Positions 32,122-42,265 of a stretch of 64,000 nt of DNA are shown here, one piece after another (the first letter of the stretch is position 1; each line of letters begins with the position of its first letter). Location: assembly GCA_017541885.1 (NCBI GenBank), contig JAFXYF010000011.1:85007-149006 (forward strand), given 5' to 3'. The translations under genes were made by a program, and so were the position numbers. The notes under the pieces are model-generated. The model saw only the letters and a list, made by a program, of their open reading frames with translations. It was not told where the DNA came from and searched no databases. The stretch comes from Bacilli bacterium. Lineage in GTDB: Bacteria; Bacillota_I; Bacilli_A; RF39; UBA660.

Positions 32122-33210
32122 ATGACAACCAATTTAGAAAAAGAGAATGATTTAAAGAATTTATCTATGCAAAGAAAATATCTTTATGATCATCCTGTAT
32201 TAAGATTTTTATTCCTAGAAGTTACATCAAGATGCAATGCAAGGTGTGAACACTGTGGAAGTAGATGTGATGGTAATGAACAAGGAAAAGAAATAGAAGC
32301 AAAATATTTAAAGAAAACACTCAAAGAGATTTCAGAGTGTTATGATCCTAAAAAAGTATTCTTAAATGTTACTGGTGGAGAACCATTAATGAGAAAAGAT
32401 TTATTCGATATAATGGAATATGCAACAAATCTAGGTTTTAAATGGAGTATGACATCTAATGGAATGATAATAAATGAAACAATGATAAAAAAACTTGAAA
32501 AAGCAAAGATGACAACAGTTTCTATTAGTATTGACGGATTAAAAGAAACTCACGAGAAATTTAGAAAAGTACCTAATTGTTATGAAAATATTTTAAAAGG
32601 TATAGATATGATGCAAGCATCTCCTGTATTTAAAATAGTTCAAGTCACAACAGTAGCAAATAAAAATAATATTAATGAGTTAGAAGATTTATATCAATTA
32701 CTTTTAAAACATAATGTTAAATATTGGAGAGTAGTTAATTGTGATCCAATAGGTCGAGCTAATGATAATAAAGATATTTTCTTAGATATGGATGATTATA
32801 AATATTTATTTCATTTTATAGAAGAAAAACAAAAAGAAGGCAAAATGAAAGAAATTACTTATGGATGTAGTCATTACTTAGGAATAAATGGAGAAAATAA
32901 ATATAGAAACTTCTATTTTATTTGTACTACAGGCTTAACAGTAGGAAGTATTCTAAGTAATGGAGATATCTTTGTATGTCCAAATGTTCCAAGAAGAAAA
33001 GAACTAATTCAAGGAAATATTAAAAAAGATAGTTTTGTAGATGTTTGGGAAACTAGATATAAAGAATTTAGAAATGAGAATAGAACATCAAATTCTAAAT
33101 GTAAAAAATGTAAGCATTGGGAATATTGTTTAGGTGATTCGTTCCATACATGGAATTTTGATGAAAATAAACCAAATATTTGTCTAAAATCAATTTTTGA
33201 TGAAATTTAA
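32122..33210 (+). CDS. Radical SAM/SPASM maturase, splicease-like (TIGR04133/PlpX-type)
   Basis: EVTSRCNARCEHCGSRC, TGGEPL, SISIDG...H..FR, PIGRA, YGC..YLG and a SPASM region C..G...SI..NG.I..CP, QGNI..D.F.DVWE, CKKC.....C.G...H...C. Confidence 0.85.
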   Translation: MTTNLEKENDLKNLSMQRKYLYDHPVLRFLFLEVTSRCNARCEHCGSRCDGNEQGKEIEAKYLKKTLKEISECYDPKKVFLNVTGGEPLMRKDLFDIMEYATNLGFKWSMTSNGMIINETMIKKLEKAKMTTVSISIDGLKETHEKFRKVPNCYENILKGIDMMQASPVFKIVQVTTVANKNNINELEDLYQLLLKHNVKYWRVVNCDPIGRANDNKDIFLDMDDYKYLFHFIEEKQKEGKMKEITYGCSHYLGINGENKYRNFYFICTTGLTVGSILSNGDIFVCPNVPRRKELIQGNIKKDSFVDVWETRYKEFRNENRTSNSKCKKCKHWEYCLGDSFHTWNFDENKPNICLKSIFDEI

Positions 33211-33231
33211 GCAAGAGAAATCTTGCTTTTT
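33209..33231 (+). terminator. Intrinsic terminator after the radical SAM gene
   Basis: aagcaaga-gaaa-tcttgctt followed by a U-tract. Confidence 0.85.
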
Positions 33232-33277
33232 ATGAACTATAAAAAATGTTATAATAGTCTAGAAAGGAGTGAAGATA

Positions 33278-35470
33278 ATGGCTACTTATATAAAAGGAAC
33301 ATACTCAAAATCAATATATGAATCAAGTGCTGGATATCATATTGGTATTATGAGAGTAATAGATACAAACGATGAATCATTAAGTGATTTTATTGGTAGA
33401 ACAATTACCTTCACTGGATACTTTCATGAACTAAATAATATAGATACATATATGTTCTATGGTAAAAAGATAAATCATGAAAAATATGGAGAACAATTTC
33501 AAGTAGAATCATATGAAAGATGTAAGCCAGAAGAAAAAGATTCAATTATTGACTTTCTAACAAGTGGACTATTTAAAGGAATAGGTGAAAAAAAAGCAAC
33601 AAGAATAGTAGAAGCTTTAGGTAAGGATACATTAAAAATAATTCTAGATGAACCAAATAATTTAATATTAATTCCTAGTGTAACTAAAAAAGATATAGAT
33701 ACTCTTCACAATAAATTAAAAGAATATGAAGAAAGTTATGAAACGATTCTTTATCTTCAAGATTTAGGATTTAATACAAAAGATTCAATGATTGTCTATA
33801 ATACATACAAAAAGAAAACAAAAGAAATAATTGAAGAAGATATTTATAAAATAATATTAGATATTCATGAAATAACATTTAAGAAGATAGATATAGTTGC
33901 ATTAAAAAGTGGTATTGCAAAAGATGATAAAAAAAGAGTTAAAGCAGCTCTTCTTTATATAATGGATGAAGTAAGTAATACTTATGGACACAGTTATTAT
34001 TTCTATGATGAGTTAGTATCATACCTTCCTAGAGTTTTAGGAGTTATTCCAGAAGAGTCTAGAGTAGAAGAATGTCTAAAAGAATTAGAGTTAGATTTAT
34101 TAATTATGCATAAAGAGAATAGATATTATCTAAAAGAAATGTATGAAGCAGAAACTCTAATAGTAAAAAGATTAAGAATGCTAAATAATAATAAAGAAAG
34201 AGTAGAAAAGAAGTTAGATGATAATCTAAATGCATTAGAAGATGTATTTGGAATTAAGTATAATAATGAACAATTAGAAGCAATAAAGAAAAGTATTACT
34301 AAAGATCTAGTTATTATTACTGGAGGCCCAGGTACAGGAAAAACAACTATTCTTCAAGGAATATGTGAACTATATCGTATGATGAATAAACTATCATATG
34401 AAAAACTAATATCAAATATTGCTTTACTAGCTCCTACAGGTAGAGCAGCAAAAAGAATGAGTGAAGCAACTTCTCTTCCAGCATCAACAATTCATAGATT
34501 TTTAAAATGGTCTAAAGAAACAAATAGATTTCAAGTAAATCAGTATAATAAATCTAAAGTAGAATTAGTAATAATAGATGAATCTAGTATGATAGATACA
34601 TATTTATTTGCTAATCTATTAAAAGGATTATCAAGCAATTGTAGAATAGTAATTGTAGGAGATGATCATCAATTGCCTAGCGTTGGTCCAGGACAAGTTC
34701 TACATGATTTAATAGAAAGTAATGCCTTAGATGTAGTAGAGTTAAAAGAGCTATATCGCCAAAACAAAGAATCAAATATTATTAATTTAGCTTATGATAT
34801 AAGAAGAAAAGAAATAGATGAATCAAGATTTAACGTAGATGAAGATTTAACATTTATTAAATGTTTAGATAGTGAAGTAATGAATTATATATCTGAGATT
34901 GCGACTACATATAAAGATTTAAATTATAAGAAATTTCAAATTCTAGCACCTATGTATAAAGGATTAAATGGAATAGATGAAATAAATAAACAAGTCCAAG
35001 AAATAGATAATCCTAAAAGTAAAGTATTAAAAGAATTAAAACAAAGTGACGTAGTCCTAAGAGAAAATGATAAAGTAATCCAATTGACTAATATGCCAGA
35101 TGATAACGTTTATAATGGAGATATAGGTATAATTGATGAAATAACTACAAATACTAAAAAAGAAATAAGAATAGATTTTGATGGTAATGTAGTTAAATAT
35201 ACTCCAGCTAATTTTGATAATTTTAGATTAGCTTATGCAATTAGTATTCATAAGTCTCAAGGATCAGAATTTGATGTAGTAGTCTTACCATTAGTTAAAG
35301 GATATCAAAGAATGTTATATCAAAAATTAATTTATACTGCAGTAACAAGAGCTAAAAAGAAGCTATATCTAATAGGAGATATTAATGCTTTAAAATATGC
35401 CTCTAAAAACACTGAAGTAGATATTCGTAGGACAACAATTAAAGATTATTTAATAAATGGTATAATTTAG
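33278..35470 (+). CDS. recD2: ATP-dependent RecD-like DNA helicase RecD2
   Basis: H.KYG.QF, KGIG.K.A, TGGPGTGKTT, APTGRAAKR, IIDESSM, HKSQGSEF and YTAVTRAK. Confidence 0.95.
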   Translation: MATYIKGTYSKSIYESSAGYHIGIMRVIDTNDESLSDFIGRTITFTGYFHELNNIDTYMFYGKKINHEKYGEQFQVESYERCKPEEKDSIIDFLTSGLFKGIGEKKATRIVEALGKDTLKIILDEPNNLILIPSVTKKDIDTLHNKLKEYEESYETILYLQDLGFNTKDSMIVYNTYKKKTKEIIEEDIYKIILDIHEITFKKIDIVALKSGIAKDDKKRVKAALLYIMDEVSNTYGHSYYFYDELVSYLPRVLGVIPEESRVEECLKELELDLLIMHKENRYYLKEMYEAETLIVKRLRMLNNNKERVEKKLDDNLNALEDVFGIKYNNEQLEAIKKSITKDLVIITGGPGTGKTTILQGICELYRMMNKLSYEKLISNIALLAPTGRAAKRMSEATSLPASTIHRFLKWSKETNRFQVNQYNKSKVELVIIDESSMIDTYLFANLLKGLSSNCRIVIVGDDHQLPSVGPGQVLHDLIESNALDVVELKELYRQNKESNIINLAYDIRRKEIDESRFNVDEDLTFIKCLDSEVMNYISEIATTYKDLNYKKFQILAPMYKGLNGIDEINKQVQEIDNPKSKVLKELKQSDVVLRENDKVIQLTNMPDDNVYNGDIGIIDEITTNTKKEIRIDFDGNVVKYTPANFDNFRLAYAISIHKSQGSEFDVVVLPLVKGYQRMLYQKLIYTAVTRAKKKLYLIGDINALKYASKNTEVDIRRTTIKDYLINGII

Positions 35471-35504
35471 AAATAATTACTCATACTAATACTGAGGTGA
35501 TTAA

Positions 35505-35663
35505 ATGAAAATGCTCATGTTAGAGATGTTAGGATTAGGAGTAGGACTAACAGTCATTGGTTGTCTCTATTTTAAAGATCATCCAGAAGAACTTAAAAAA
35601 ATGAAAAAACAAGTAAATGATATGAGTAATATGATATGTGACAATAAAAAACAAGAAGGCTAG
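35505..35663 (+). CDS. 52-aa small membrane-anchored protein (not in the ORF track)
   Basis: GAGGTG RBS; MKMLMLEMLGLGVGLTVIGCLYFKDHPEELKKMKK...; terminator-like hairpin at the stop codon. Confidence 0.65.
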   Translation: MKMLMLEMLGLGVGLTVIGCLYFKDHPEELKKMKKQVNDMSNMICDNKKQEG

Positions 35664-35704
35664 AAATAGTCTTCTTTTTGTTATACAATTATTTCGGTGA
35701 TTTT

Positions 35705-36463
35705 ATGATTACAATTAAAAGTGAAAGAGAAATAGAATTAATGAGACATGCAGGAATGCTTGTATCAGAAATGCATAAATTTATTAAACCATATATCAAG
35801 GCAGGAATTTCTACTTATGAATTAGATGCTTTATGTGAAAAATTTATTAGAGATCATGATGCAGTACCTACATGTAAAGGATTTGAAGGTTTTCCAGCTA
35901 CATTATGTACAAGTATTAATGATGTAGTAGTTCATGGAATTCCATATAAAAAAGATGTATTACAAGATGGAGATATAATTACAATAGATGTTGTAATTGG
36001 TTATAAAGGATATCAAGGAGATGCAGCATGGACATATACAGTAGGTGAAGTAAGTGATGAAAAGAAATACTTAATGGAACATACTGAAAAAGCTCTATAT
36101 GAAGGAGTAAAACAAGTAAAGCCAGGAAACAGAATAGGAGATATTTCTTATGCAGTACAAAAATATGCAGAAGAACATAACCTTGGAGTAGTAAGAGAAC
36201 TTTGTGGACATGGAATTGGTTCTGATATGCATGAAGAGCCAGAAGTACCAAACTTTGGTATTCCAAATACTGGTCCAATGTTAAAACCAGGAATGGTAAT
36301 TTGTATTGAGCCAATGTTAACATATGGTCATAGATTTATTTATCAAGAAGATGATGGTTGGACAGTAAGAACACAAGATCATTCTCCAGCTGCTCACTAT
36401 GAACATACTATATTAGTAACAGAAGATGGATATGAAATATTAACTCCAAGATTAGATGATTAA
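35705..36463 (+). CDS. map: Methionine aminopeptidase type I
   Basis: MITIKS.REI, C.SIND.VVHGIP, GD.A.T, GHGIG..MHEEP, IEPM and AHYEHT. Confidence 0.97.
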   Translation: MITIKSEREIELMRHAGMLVSEMHKFIKPYIKAGISTYELDALCEKFIRDHDAVPTCKGFEGFPATLCTSINDVVVHGIPYKKDVLQDGDIITIDVVIGYKGYQGDAAWTYTVGEVSDEKKYLMEHTEKALYEGVKQVKPGNRIGDISYAVQKYAEEHNLGVVRELCGHGIGSDMHEEPEVPNFGIPNTGPMLKPGMVICIEPMLTYGHRFIYQEDDGWTVRTQDHSPAAHYEHTILVTEDGYEILTPRLDD

Positions 36464-36540
36464 CGTAAAAGCAAATAGTTTTTACGTTTTTTTATTACAA
36501 TTATATATAAAAAAAGATATAATAAGAATAAGGTGATAAT

Positions 36541-37986
36541 ATGAAGAAAAGTATCATATTTTTAATTAATGGATTAGGTATAGAGAAACCAGGAAGTTAT
36601 AGTATAGATTTAGATCAACTTATGCCACAATTAGGTAGAGTAAAAGAAACATCATATTTTACTACTGCTATAACAAGTTCTCTAGAATATAAAGATGCAT
36701 ATCAAAGATTCTTCTTAGGAGAAACATATAAATATGAATTAGAATTTGTTCATAATAATGTTATGAATCAAAATATTTTAACTAATCCAACATATCAACA
36801 ATTTGGAGAATCAATTAAAAGACAAAACTCTAAGATTCATATTTTCTTAGAACCAACTAATGATAGAGTAATAGAAGAGATTAATAACTTAGTTAATACA
36901 TTAACTATTGGAGCTAATCAACAAATATTCTTACATTTAGTTCTATCCCAACAAACAGTTTCAGAATATGATAATTTAACACAAATTATAAATTATATTA
37001 AGTTCCATTTACATAATCATATGACTGTAGGATTTATTATGGGTAAAGAATATTTACCAGATGAATTAACTAAAAAAGAAACAGATTATTTAAAAAGATT
37101 ATTATTCTATTGTTCTTGTGAAAGATGGACTGAAACAGAAAAAAAATTACAAAATTTGAGAGATGCTAAAATAAGACCTTGTGAAGTAGAAGGTTTCTGT
37201 GCAACTAATGAATGTTTTATTTCCAATGGAGATACAATTTTATTCTTTAATACAAGAAAGAATAATTATGATAATTTAATTACAGGAATATATCAAATGG
37301 CTCCAGAAGTATATAAAACAGAAGTAACATTACCAATATATTCATTATTAAAATTAGATACTAAATACAATATTCCATCATTCTTAGAAAGTATTGAGTA
37401 TACTAATTCTTTAGCAAAGACTTTAGAAAAATATAATAAAAAAGCTCTAATTATTACAGATCAAAAAAATATAAATTTAGTTAATTTTTATGCTAATGGA
37501 ATGAATAGTGTAAATAATCCTAATATAAGTTTTATCTTAAAAGATGATAGATTATATCAAAAAGAATTTATTGAACAATTAATTAATACTACACCATATG
37601 ATTTAATAATTTTTGATTATCATATGGATGTATCAAGTAATATTAATAAATTAAAAGAAGGATTACAAAAGATGGATCCAATTATTGGACTAATTGCAGA
37701 TGTTTCTGAAAATAAACACTCATTCTTTATAACATCTCTATATGGACTAAAAAAAGATATACCTTTAGCAGATTATAATTCAGAATTAGTTACAATAGAC
37801 TATGAAATGCAAATACCAATATTCTTCTTTGATTATACATATCCTAAAGGAAAATTCTATTTAGCCCCAGGAGAAACAAACGATATCTTATCATCAGCTC
37901 TAAGATGTGTAATAGATGATCCTAATTTATATACATTAGTAAAACAAAAAGGTTTAATAAATAACTTAATAAAAGCATTTAAATAA
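36541..37986 (+). CDS. Degenerate homolog of 2,3-BPG-independent phosphoglycerate mutase (GpmI-like)
   Basis: Length and spacing match iPGM: IFLINGLG (vs IILDGWG), I..GD.ILFFNTR (vs FFNFR), FFITSLYG (vs ITADHG) and IPIF. Confidence 0.6.
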   Translation: MKKSIIFLINGLGIEKPGSYSIDLDQLMPQLGRVKETSYFTTAITSSLEYKDAYQRFFLGETYKYELEFVHNNVMNQNILTNPTYQQFGESIKRQNSKIHIFLEPTNDRVIEEINNLVNTLTIGANQQIFLHLVLSQQTVSEYDNLTQIINYIKFHLHNHMTVGFIMGKEYLPDELTKKETDYLKRLLFYCSCERWTETEKKLQNLRDAKIRPCEVEGFCATNECFISNGDTILFFNTRKNNYDNLITGIYQMAPEVYKTEVTLPIYSLLKLDTKYNIPSFLESIEYTNSLAKTLEKYNKKALIITDQKNINLVNFYANGMNSVNNPNISFILKDDRLYQKEFIEQLINTTPYDLIIFDYHMDVSSNINKLKEGLQKMDPIIGLIADVSENKHSFFITSLYGLKKDIPLADYNSELVTIDYEMQIPIFFFDYTYPKGKFYLAPGETNDILSSALRCVIDDPNLYTLVKQKGLINNLIKAFK

Positions 37987-38042
37987 AAAATACAAAGAGA
38001 TTTGTATTTTTTTATGTTAAAATAATAATTGAGGTGTTTTCT

Positions 38043-38621
38043 ATGAGAAAAATAGTACTTGCTTCTAATAATAAGCATAAAGTAAAAGAATTTAAAGAAA
38101 TGTTAGGTAATGTAGAAATACTAACATTAGAAAGTATCGGTTTTACAGAAGATATTGAAGAAACTGGTAAAACATTTGAAGAAAATGCATTGATCAAAGC
38201 TAGAACAATTAAAGAGTATTTAAATGACAAGAATTTAGATTATGCAGTAGTTGCTGATGATTCAGGTCTATGTTGTGAAGCACTAAATGGTGCTCCAGGA
38301 ATATATAGTGCAAGATATGCTGGTGATCATGATAATGAAAAGAATAGAGCAAAATTAAGAGAAGATTTACAAGGAAAAGATAGAACTGCATACTTCATCT
38401 GTACAATTGCTTTTATTGATGAAGAAGGCAAAGAGCAAATATTTGTTGGAAAGACGTATGGAACTATTATAGATGAAGAATTAGGAAATAAAGATTTCTG
38501 CTTTGATTGTATGTTCCATTCAGATGATTTAGATAAAACATTTGGAGAGTCTACTGAAGAAGAAAAAAATAGTGTATCTCATAGAAGTAGAGCAATAGAA
38601 AAATTAAAAGAAGTATTATAG
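38043..38621 (+). CDS. rdgB: Non-canonical purine NTP pyrophosphatase (RdgB/HAM1)
   Basis: ASNN.HKV.E, EETG.TF.ENA..KA, ADDSGL...AL.GAPG.YSARYAG and KN.VSHR. Confidence 0.95.
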   Translation: MRKIVLASNNKHKVKEFKEMLGNVEILTLESIGFTEDIEETGKTFEENALIKARTIKEYLNDKNLDYAVVADDSGLCCEALNGAPGIYSARYAGDHDNEKNRAKLREDLQGKDRTAYFICTIAFIDEEGKEQIFVGKTYGTIIDEELGNKDFCFDCMFHSDDLDKTFGESTEEEKNSVSHRSRAIEKLKEVL

Positions 38622-38631
38622 GAGAATTATT

Positions 38632-39204
38632 ATGGAACAAAGTAATTACAATATGGTTATTTCAATTATTACCGCAGTACTTATAGTCCCAATAATGGTT
38701 TTATCATTAATATTTCAAAATAATACACTAACAAGAGTATTATTAAGTATTTATGGGGGATTAGGAATAACTTATTATATTTTAAAAAGTATTATGTATC
38801 ATAAAGATGAATCTACATCTAAAATAGTATTAGATAGATTATCAAATTCTATATTTGATGTAGTATCTCTATTAGTAATAATTAATTTTTGTTTATTATT
38901 ACCTAATAGTTTTAAATGGATATTATTTGGATTATTAATATTTGAATGTATCTTAGAAATAATAATAGATTCATTAGATAAAGTAATAGAAATAAAATAT
39001 TTATTATCAGCATCTAAAGTAATAACATTAATATTTATCTTATTATATTTATACCCAATATCAGTAGTATTAGGTTTAGGAATAGTATCAATAATAGGAT
39101 TTTATATTAATCATTTATTAGGAAGATTATTACAAAATAAATTAATATTATCATTTGATTTGACCTCAATTATAATATTTGGTATATTTTTAATATTAAT
39201 ATAA
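38632..39204 (+). CDS. Multi-pass membrane hypothetical protein
   Basis: About 6-7 hydrophobic segments; GGAG RBS. Confidence 0.65.
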   Translation: MEQSNYNMVISIITAVLIVPIMVLSLIFQNNTLTRVLLSIYGGLGITYYILKSIMYHKDESTSKIVLDRLSNSIFDVVSLLVIINFCLLLPNSFKWILFGLLIFECILEIIIDSLDKVIEIKYLLSASKVITLIFILLYLYPISVVLGLGIVSIIGFYINHLLGRLLQNKLILSFDLTSIIIFGIFLILI

Positions 39205-39240
39205 GAAGTTTATGTTATAATACATAGTAGGAGGAAGAAT

Positions 39241-40050
39241 ATGGACATAATTAAATACATAATTTTAGGAATTTTACAAGGTATTACAGAACCATTACCA
39301 ATCTCTAGTAGTGGTCATATCTATATTATTAAAGCTATTATTAATACAACTATCTTTAATGATTTAAGTCTAGAAATATTCTTAAACTTTGCATCTTTTA
39401 TTGCAATACTATTAATCTTTAAAAAAGATGTAATTAAATTGATTAAAGGATTCTTTAAGTACATTAAAACTAAAGGAGAAGAATGCAAAGAAGAATTTAA
39501 ATATTGTTGGTTATTAGTAATTGGAACTATTCCAGTAGCAGTATTAGGATTCTTTACAAAAGATATCTTAGAAGGAGTTCTAGCTAGAAATATTTTCTTA
39601 GTTGGATTAGGATTCTTTGTAACAGGAGTAGCTTTATTACTTGCAATGGACTCTGAAGGAGAAAAACAAGATAAAGATATTACTATTAAAGATGCAATTT
39701 TAATTGGTATTTATCAAGCAGTTGCTATAGTACCAGGAATCTCAAGAAGTGGTATGACTCTAGTAGGATGTTTATTAAATGGTTTCGATAATAAAACGGC
39801 TTTAAAATATTCTTTCATGTTATATTTACCAGTTAGTTTAGGAACAATGATTTCAGGATTTACTGAATTTAAAGCACAAAGTGCTGATATTAATATGATC
39901 CTATATTATTTAATTGGAATGATAGCTGCAGGATTATTAACATATATTTCATATAATTGGTTAACAAAGATAGTAGAAAGAGGCAAATTATGGAGATTCT
40001 CAATATACTTATTTGCTATTGCAATCTTCACAGTTATGCTATTTATATAA
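39241..40050 (+). CDS. uppP: Undecaprenyl-diphosphate phosphatase
   Basis: LQGITE.LPISSSGH and Q..A..PGISRSG.T. Confidence 0.95.
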   Translation: MDIIKYIILGILQGITEPLPISSSGHIYIIKAIINTTIFNDLSLEIFLNFASFIAILLIFKKDVIKLIKGFFKYIKTKGEECKEEFKYCWLLVIGTIPVAVLGFFTKDILEGVLARNIFLVGLGFFVTGVALLLAMDSEGEKQDKDITIKDAILIGIYQAVAIVPGISRSGMTLVGCLLNGFDNKTALKYSFMLYLPVSLGTMISGFTEFKAQSADINMILYYLIGMIAAGLLTYISYNWLTKIVERGKLWRFSIYLFAIAIFTVMLFI

Positions 40051-40062
40051 GGGGGTTAGATT

Positions 40063-40836
40063 ATGGAAAATAAAATGTCACGTACAAAGTTCATTGCTCT
40101 AACCGCTATATTCTATATAATTATTTATATTGTAGTAAAACTATTTATTGTATATACACAAGATTTATTTATGGATAATGATGTATATAGTAAACAATAT
40201 AATATTGGTAAAGTCTTAACAGTAAATTCATATACTGAAGAAGAAAAAGCAAATACTGATTATTTTGAATCATACTCAGATTCTTATAAAATGAAAATAA
40301 AGAATTATTTTACTGAATTTGAAGCAGGAGACTCTGATTCAAATTATGAATATTATTTATTATATGATGCAGAAAATCAAATTAATGCAGCATTTATGAT
40401 GGGTCAATTTGAAACACAAATTCATAGTATAAAGAATTATGATGAATCAAGTTATTATTATGAATTTAATCATTTCCCATTATATATATCTAATTTATTA
40501 AGAGAATATTATTTAAATAAAAATAATATTACAAACGATGTAGAATTAATTAAGTTTATTAGAGAAAGAGAAAAAGAAGATGGTAAATTTACTACTCCAA
40601 TAATAAAAATTAAAGAAAATTATTTCTTTAACTTTGTGGAGACTAATCTTCCTAGTCTTGATAATGTAACTTATATTGAAGGAGATTTAACTGGATATAT
40701 GTATGAAACTGATACATATAAACAAGTATGTATAATAAAAAATGATAAACTATATTGTTTAACATTCTATAAATTAGATTATTTTACAGATGATATGATC
40801 TTAGATATATTAAGATCACTAGAAATAGAAAAATAA
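40063..40836 (+). CDS. Hypothetical protein with N-terminal membrane anchor
   Basis: Single N-terminal TM; Tyr-rich extracellular part. Confidence 0.65.
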   Translation: MENKMSRTKFIALTAIFYIIIYIVVKLFIVYTQDLFMDNDVYSKQYNIGKVLTVNSYTEEEKANTDYFESYSDSYKMKIKNYFTEFEAGDSDSNYEYYLLYDAENQINAAFMMGQFETQIHSIKNYDESSYYYEFNHFPLYISNLLREYYLNKNNITNDVELIKFIREREKEDGKFTTPIIKIKENYFFNFVETNLPSLDNVTYIEGDLTGYMYETDTYKQVCIIKNDKLYCLTFYKLDYFTDDMILDILRSLEIEK

Positions 40837-40857
40837 AAAGACCAATTGGTCTTTTTT
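40835..40857. terminator. Bidirectional intrinsic terminator
   Basis: aaaaagacc-aatt-ggtcttttt. Confidence 0.8.
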
Positions 40858-41422
40858 ATTTATTATCTGGAATAAACATTAATAATGTTTTTAATATCTT
40901 ATCAGGATCAAATGTCTTAGGATCTTTAACTGAGTCTGCAATTACACTTATAAATCCAGAAGTATAGAATAAGACAAAAGTTCTTGTAGGTAAATCAGTA
41001 TTATTAATATTATTCTTTTCAATATCTTTTATAGTTAGATTAACAATAGTATCCATTGTCATATCTATCGCAATAGAATTACCATTTATTTTTGCAACAG
41101 CAGAATATATTTCAAGATTCTCACTAACATGATTTAAAAGTATTGTAAGCATCTCCTTAAAATATTCTTGAGGATTATTTGTAGGATTAGTAATAACCAT
41201 AGTATTAGTTAGTTCTGAACTAAGATCAAGTAATAATGATTGTAATAGTTCAAACTTATCATTGAAATGATCATAAAATGTAGATCTATTAACATATGAA
41301 GAAGAACATATTTCAGATACTTTTATTTGTTCAAAAGGCTTTTCTTTCATAAGAGCCATAAGACCTCTATATAAACTAGCTTTTGTTTTTACAATTCTTA
41401 AATCTTCTTTTTTATTATCCAT
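40856..41422 (-). CDS. TetR/AcrR family regulator
   Basis: DLRI.KTK..L...L..L..EK.F..I.V..IC....VNRSTFY.HF.DK. Confidence 0.93.
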   Translation of the reverse strand: MDNKKEDLRIVKTKASLYRGLMALMKEKPFEQIKVSEICSSSYVNRSTFYDHFNDKFELLQSLLLDLSSELTNTMVITNPTNNPQEYFKEMLTILLNHVSENLEIYSAVAKINGNSIAIDMTMDTIVNLTIKDIEKNNINNTDLPTRTFVLFYTSGFISVIADSVKDPKTFDPDKILKTLLMFIPDNK

Positions 41423-41561
41423 AAGAACACCACCTAGCTTTATTATATCAGTTTCCCAACAAATGTAAAGATAACCAACAAAATTTGTTTAACTTATAAA
41501 TATAAATCTTTATAAAATAATTCATTATTGATATAATATAAAAAGAGTAAGGAGAATGATT

Positions 41562-42203
41562 ATGAAGAAATTATTATTAACATTATTATTAGGATTATTT
41601 ATTTTACCATTTGGAGTATTCGCAGAAGAAAAAGTACCAGTATACTTCTTTCATGGAGATGGATGTCCACATTGTGCCGAAGCAAAAATGTTTTTTGACT
41701 CTCTAGAGTCTACTGAATATGGAAATATGTTTGAGATTAAACCATATGAAGTATGGAATGATGAAAGTAACGCAAGACTAATGTATGCTTTCGCTGTAAT
41801 AAATGGAGAAGAAGATGAAGCAACTGGAGTTCCATACATAGTTATTGGAGATAAATCTTGGATTGGCTATCTAGATAGCTATAATAAAGACTTTGAAACT
41901 CAAATAGAAAAACTATATAAAGAAAAAGCAGCAGATAGATATGATGTATTAAAAATATATGAAAGAGAAAAAAATAATGAAAACTCAATATATGATTTTA
42001 ATATACCGGAGAATAATTCAGATGATTCATATGCAGACGATGCTTATAATGATTCATTAGATGACTATGTAGTAGAAAAAGATAATCTAAAACCATTAAA
42101 GAAAATACTACCCATACTAATTGGAGTAGGAGTAGTTGGAATACTATTTGTAGTAGGAATAACAGTCTTAATAATAGTATTAGTAACTAGAAAGAAGAAA
42201 TAA
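41562..42203 (+). CDS. Exported glutaredoxin/thioredoxin-like protein with C-terminal membrane anchor
   Basis: Signal peptide (..GVFA), CPHC, GVPYIVIG and a C-terminal TM followed by RKKK. Confidence 0.85.
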   Translation: MKKLLLTLLLGLFILPFGVFAEEKVPVYFFHGDGCPHCAEAKMFFDSLESTEYGNMFEIKPYEVWNDESNARLMYAFAVINGEEDEATGVPYIVIGDKSWIGYLDSYNKDFETQIEKLYKEKAADRYDVLKIYEREKNNENSIYDFNIPENNSDDSYADDAYNDSLDDYVVEKDNLKPLKKILPILIGVGVVGILFVVGITVLIIVLVTRKKK

Positions 42204-42265
42204 TTAAGTAAAGTGGGTAGGTTTTACTCGCTTTTTTTGTTATAATAGATTAAGGAGTTGATACT

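Noticed and set aside
41455-41490. TetR operator (CCAACAAA twice; AACAAA-A-TTTGTT)
   Set aside because: Plausible, but too short and AT-rich to support without comparative data.
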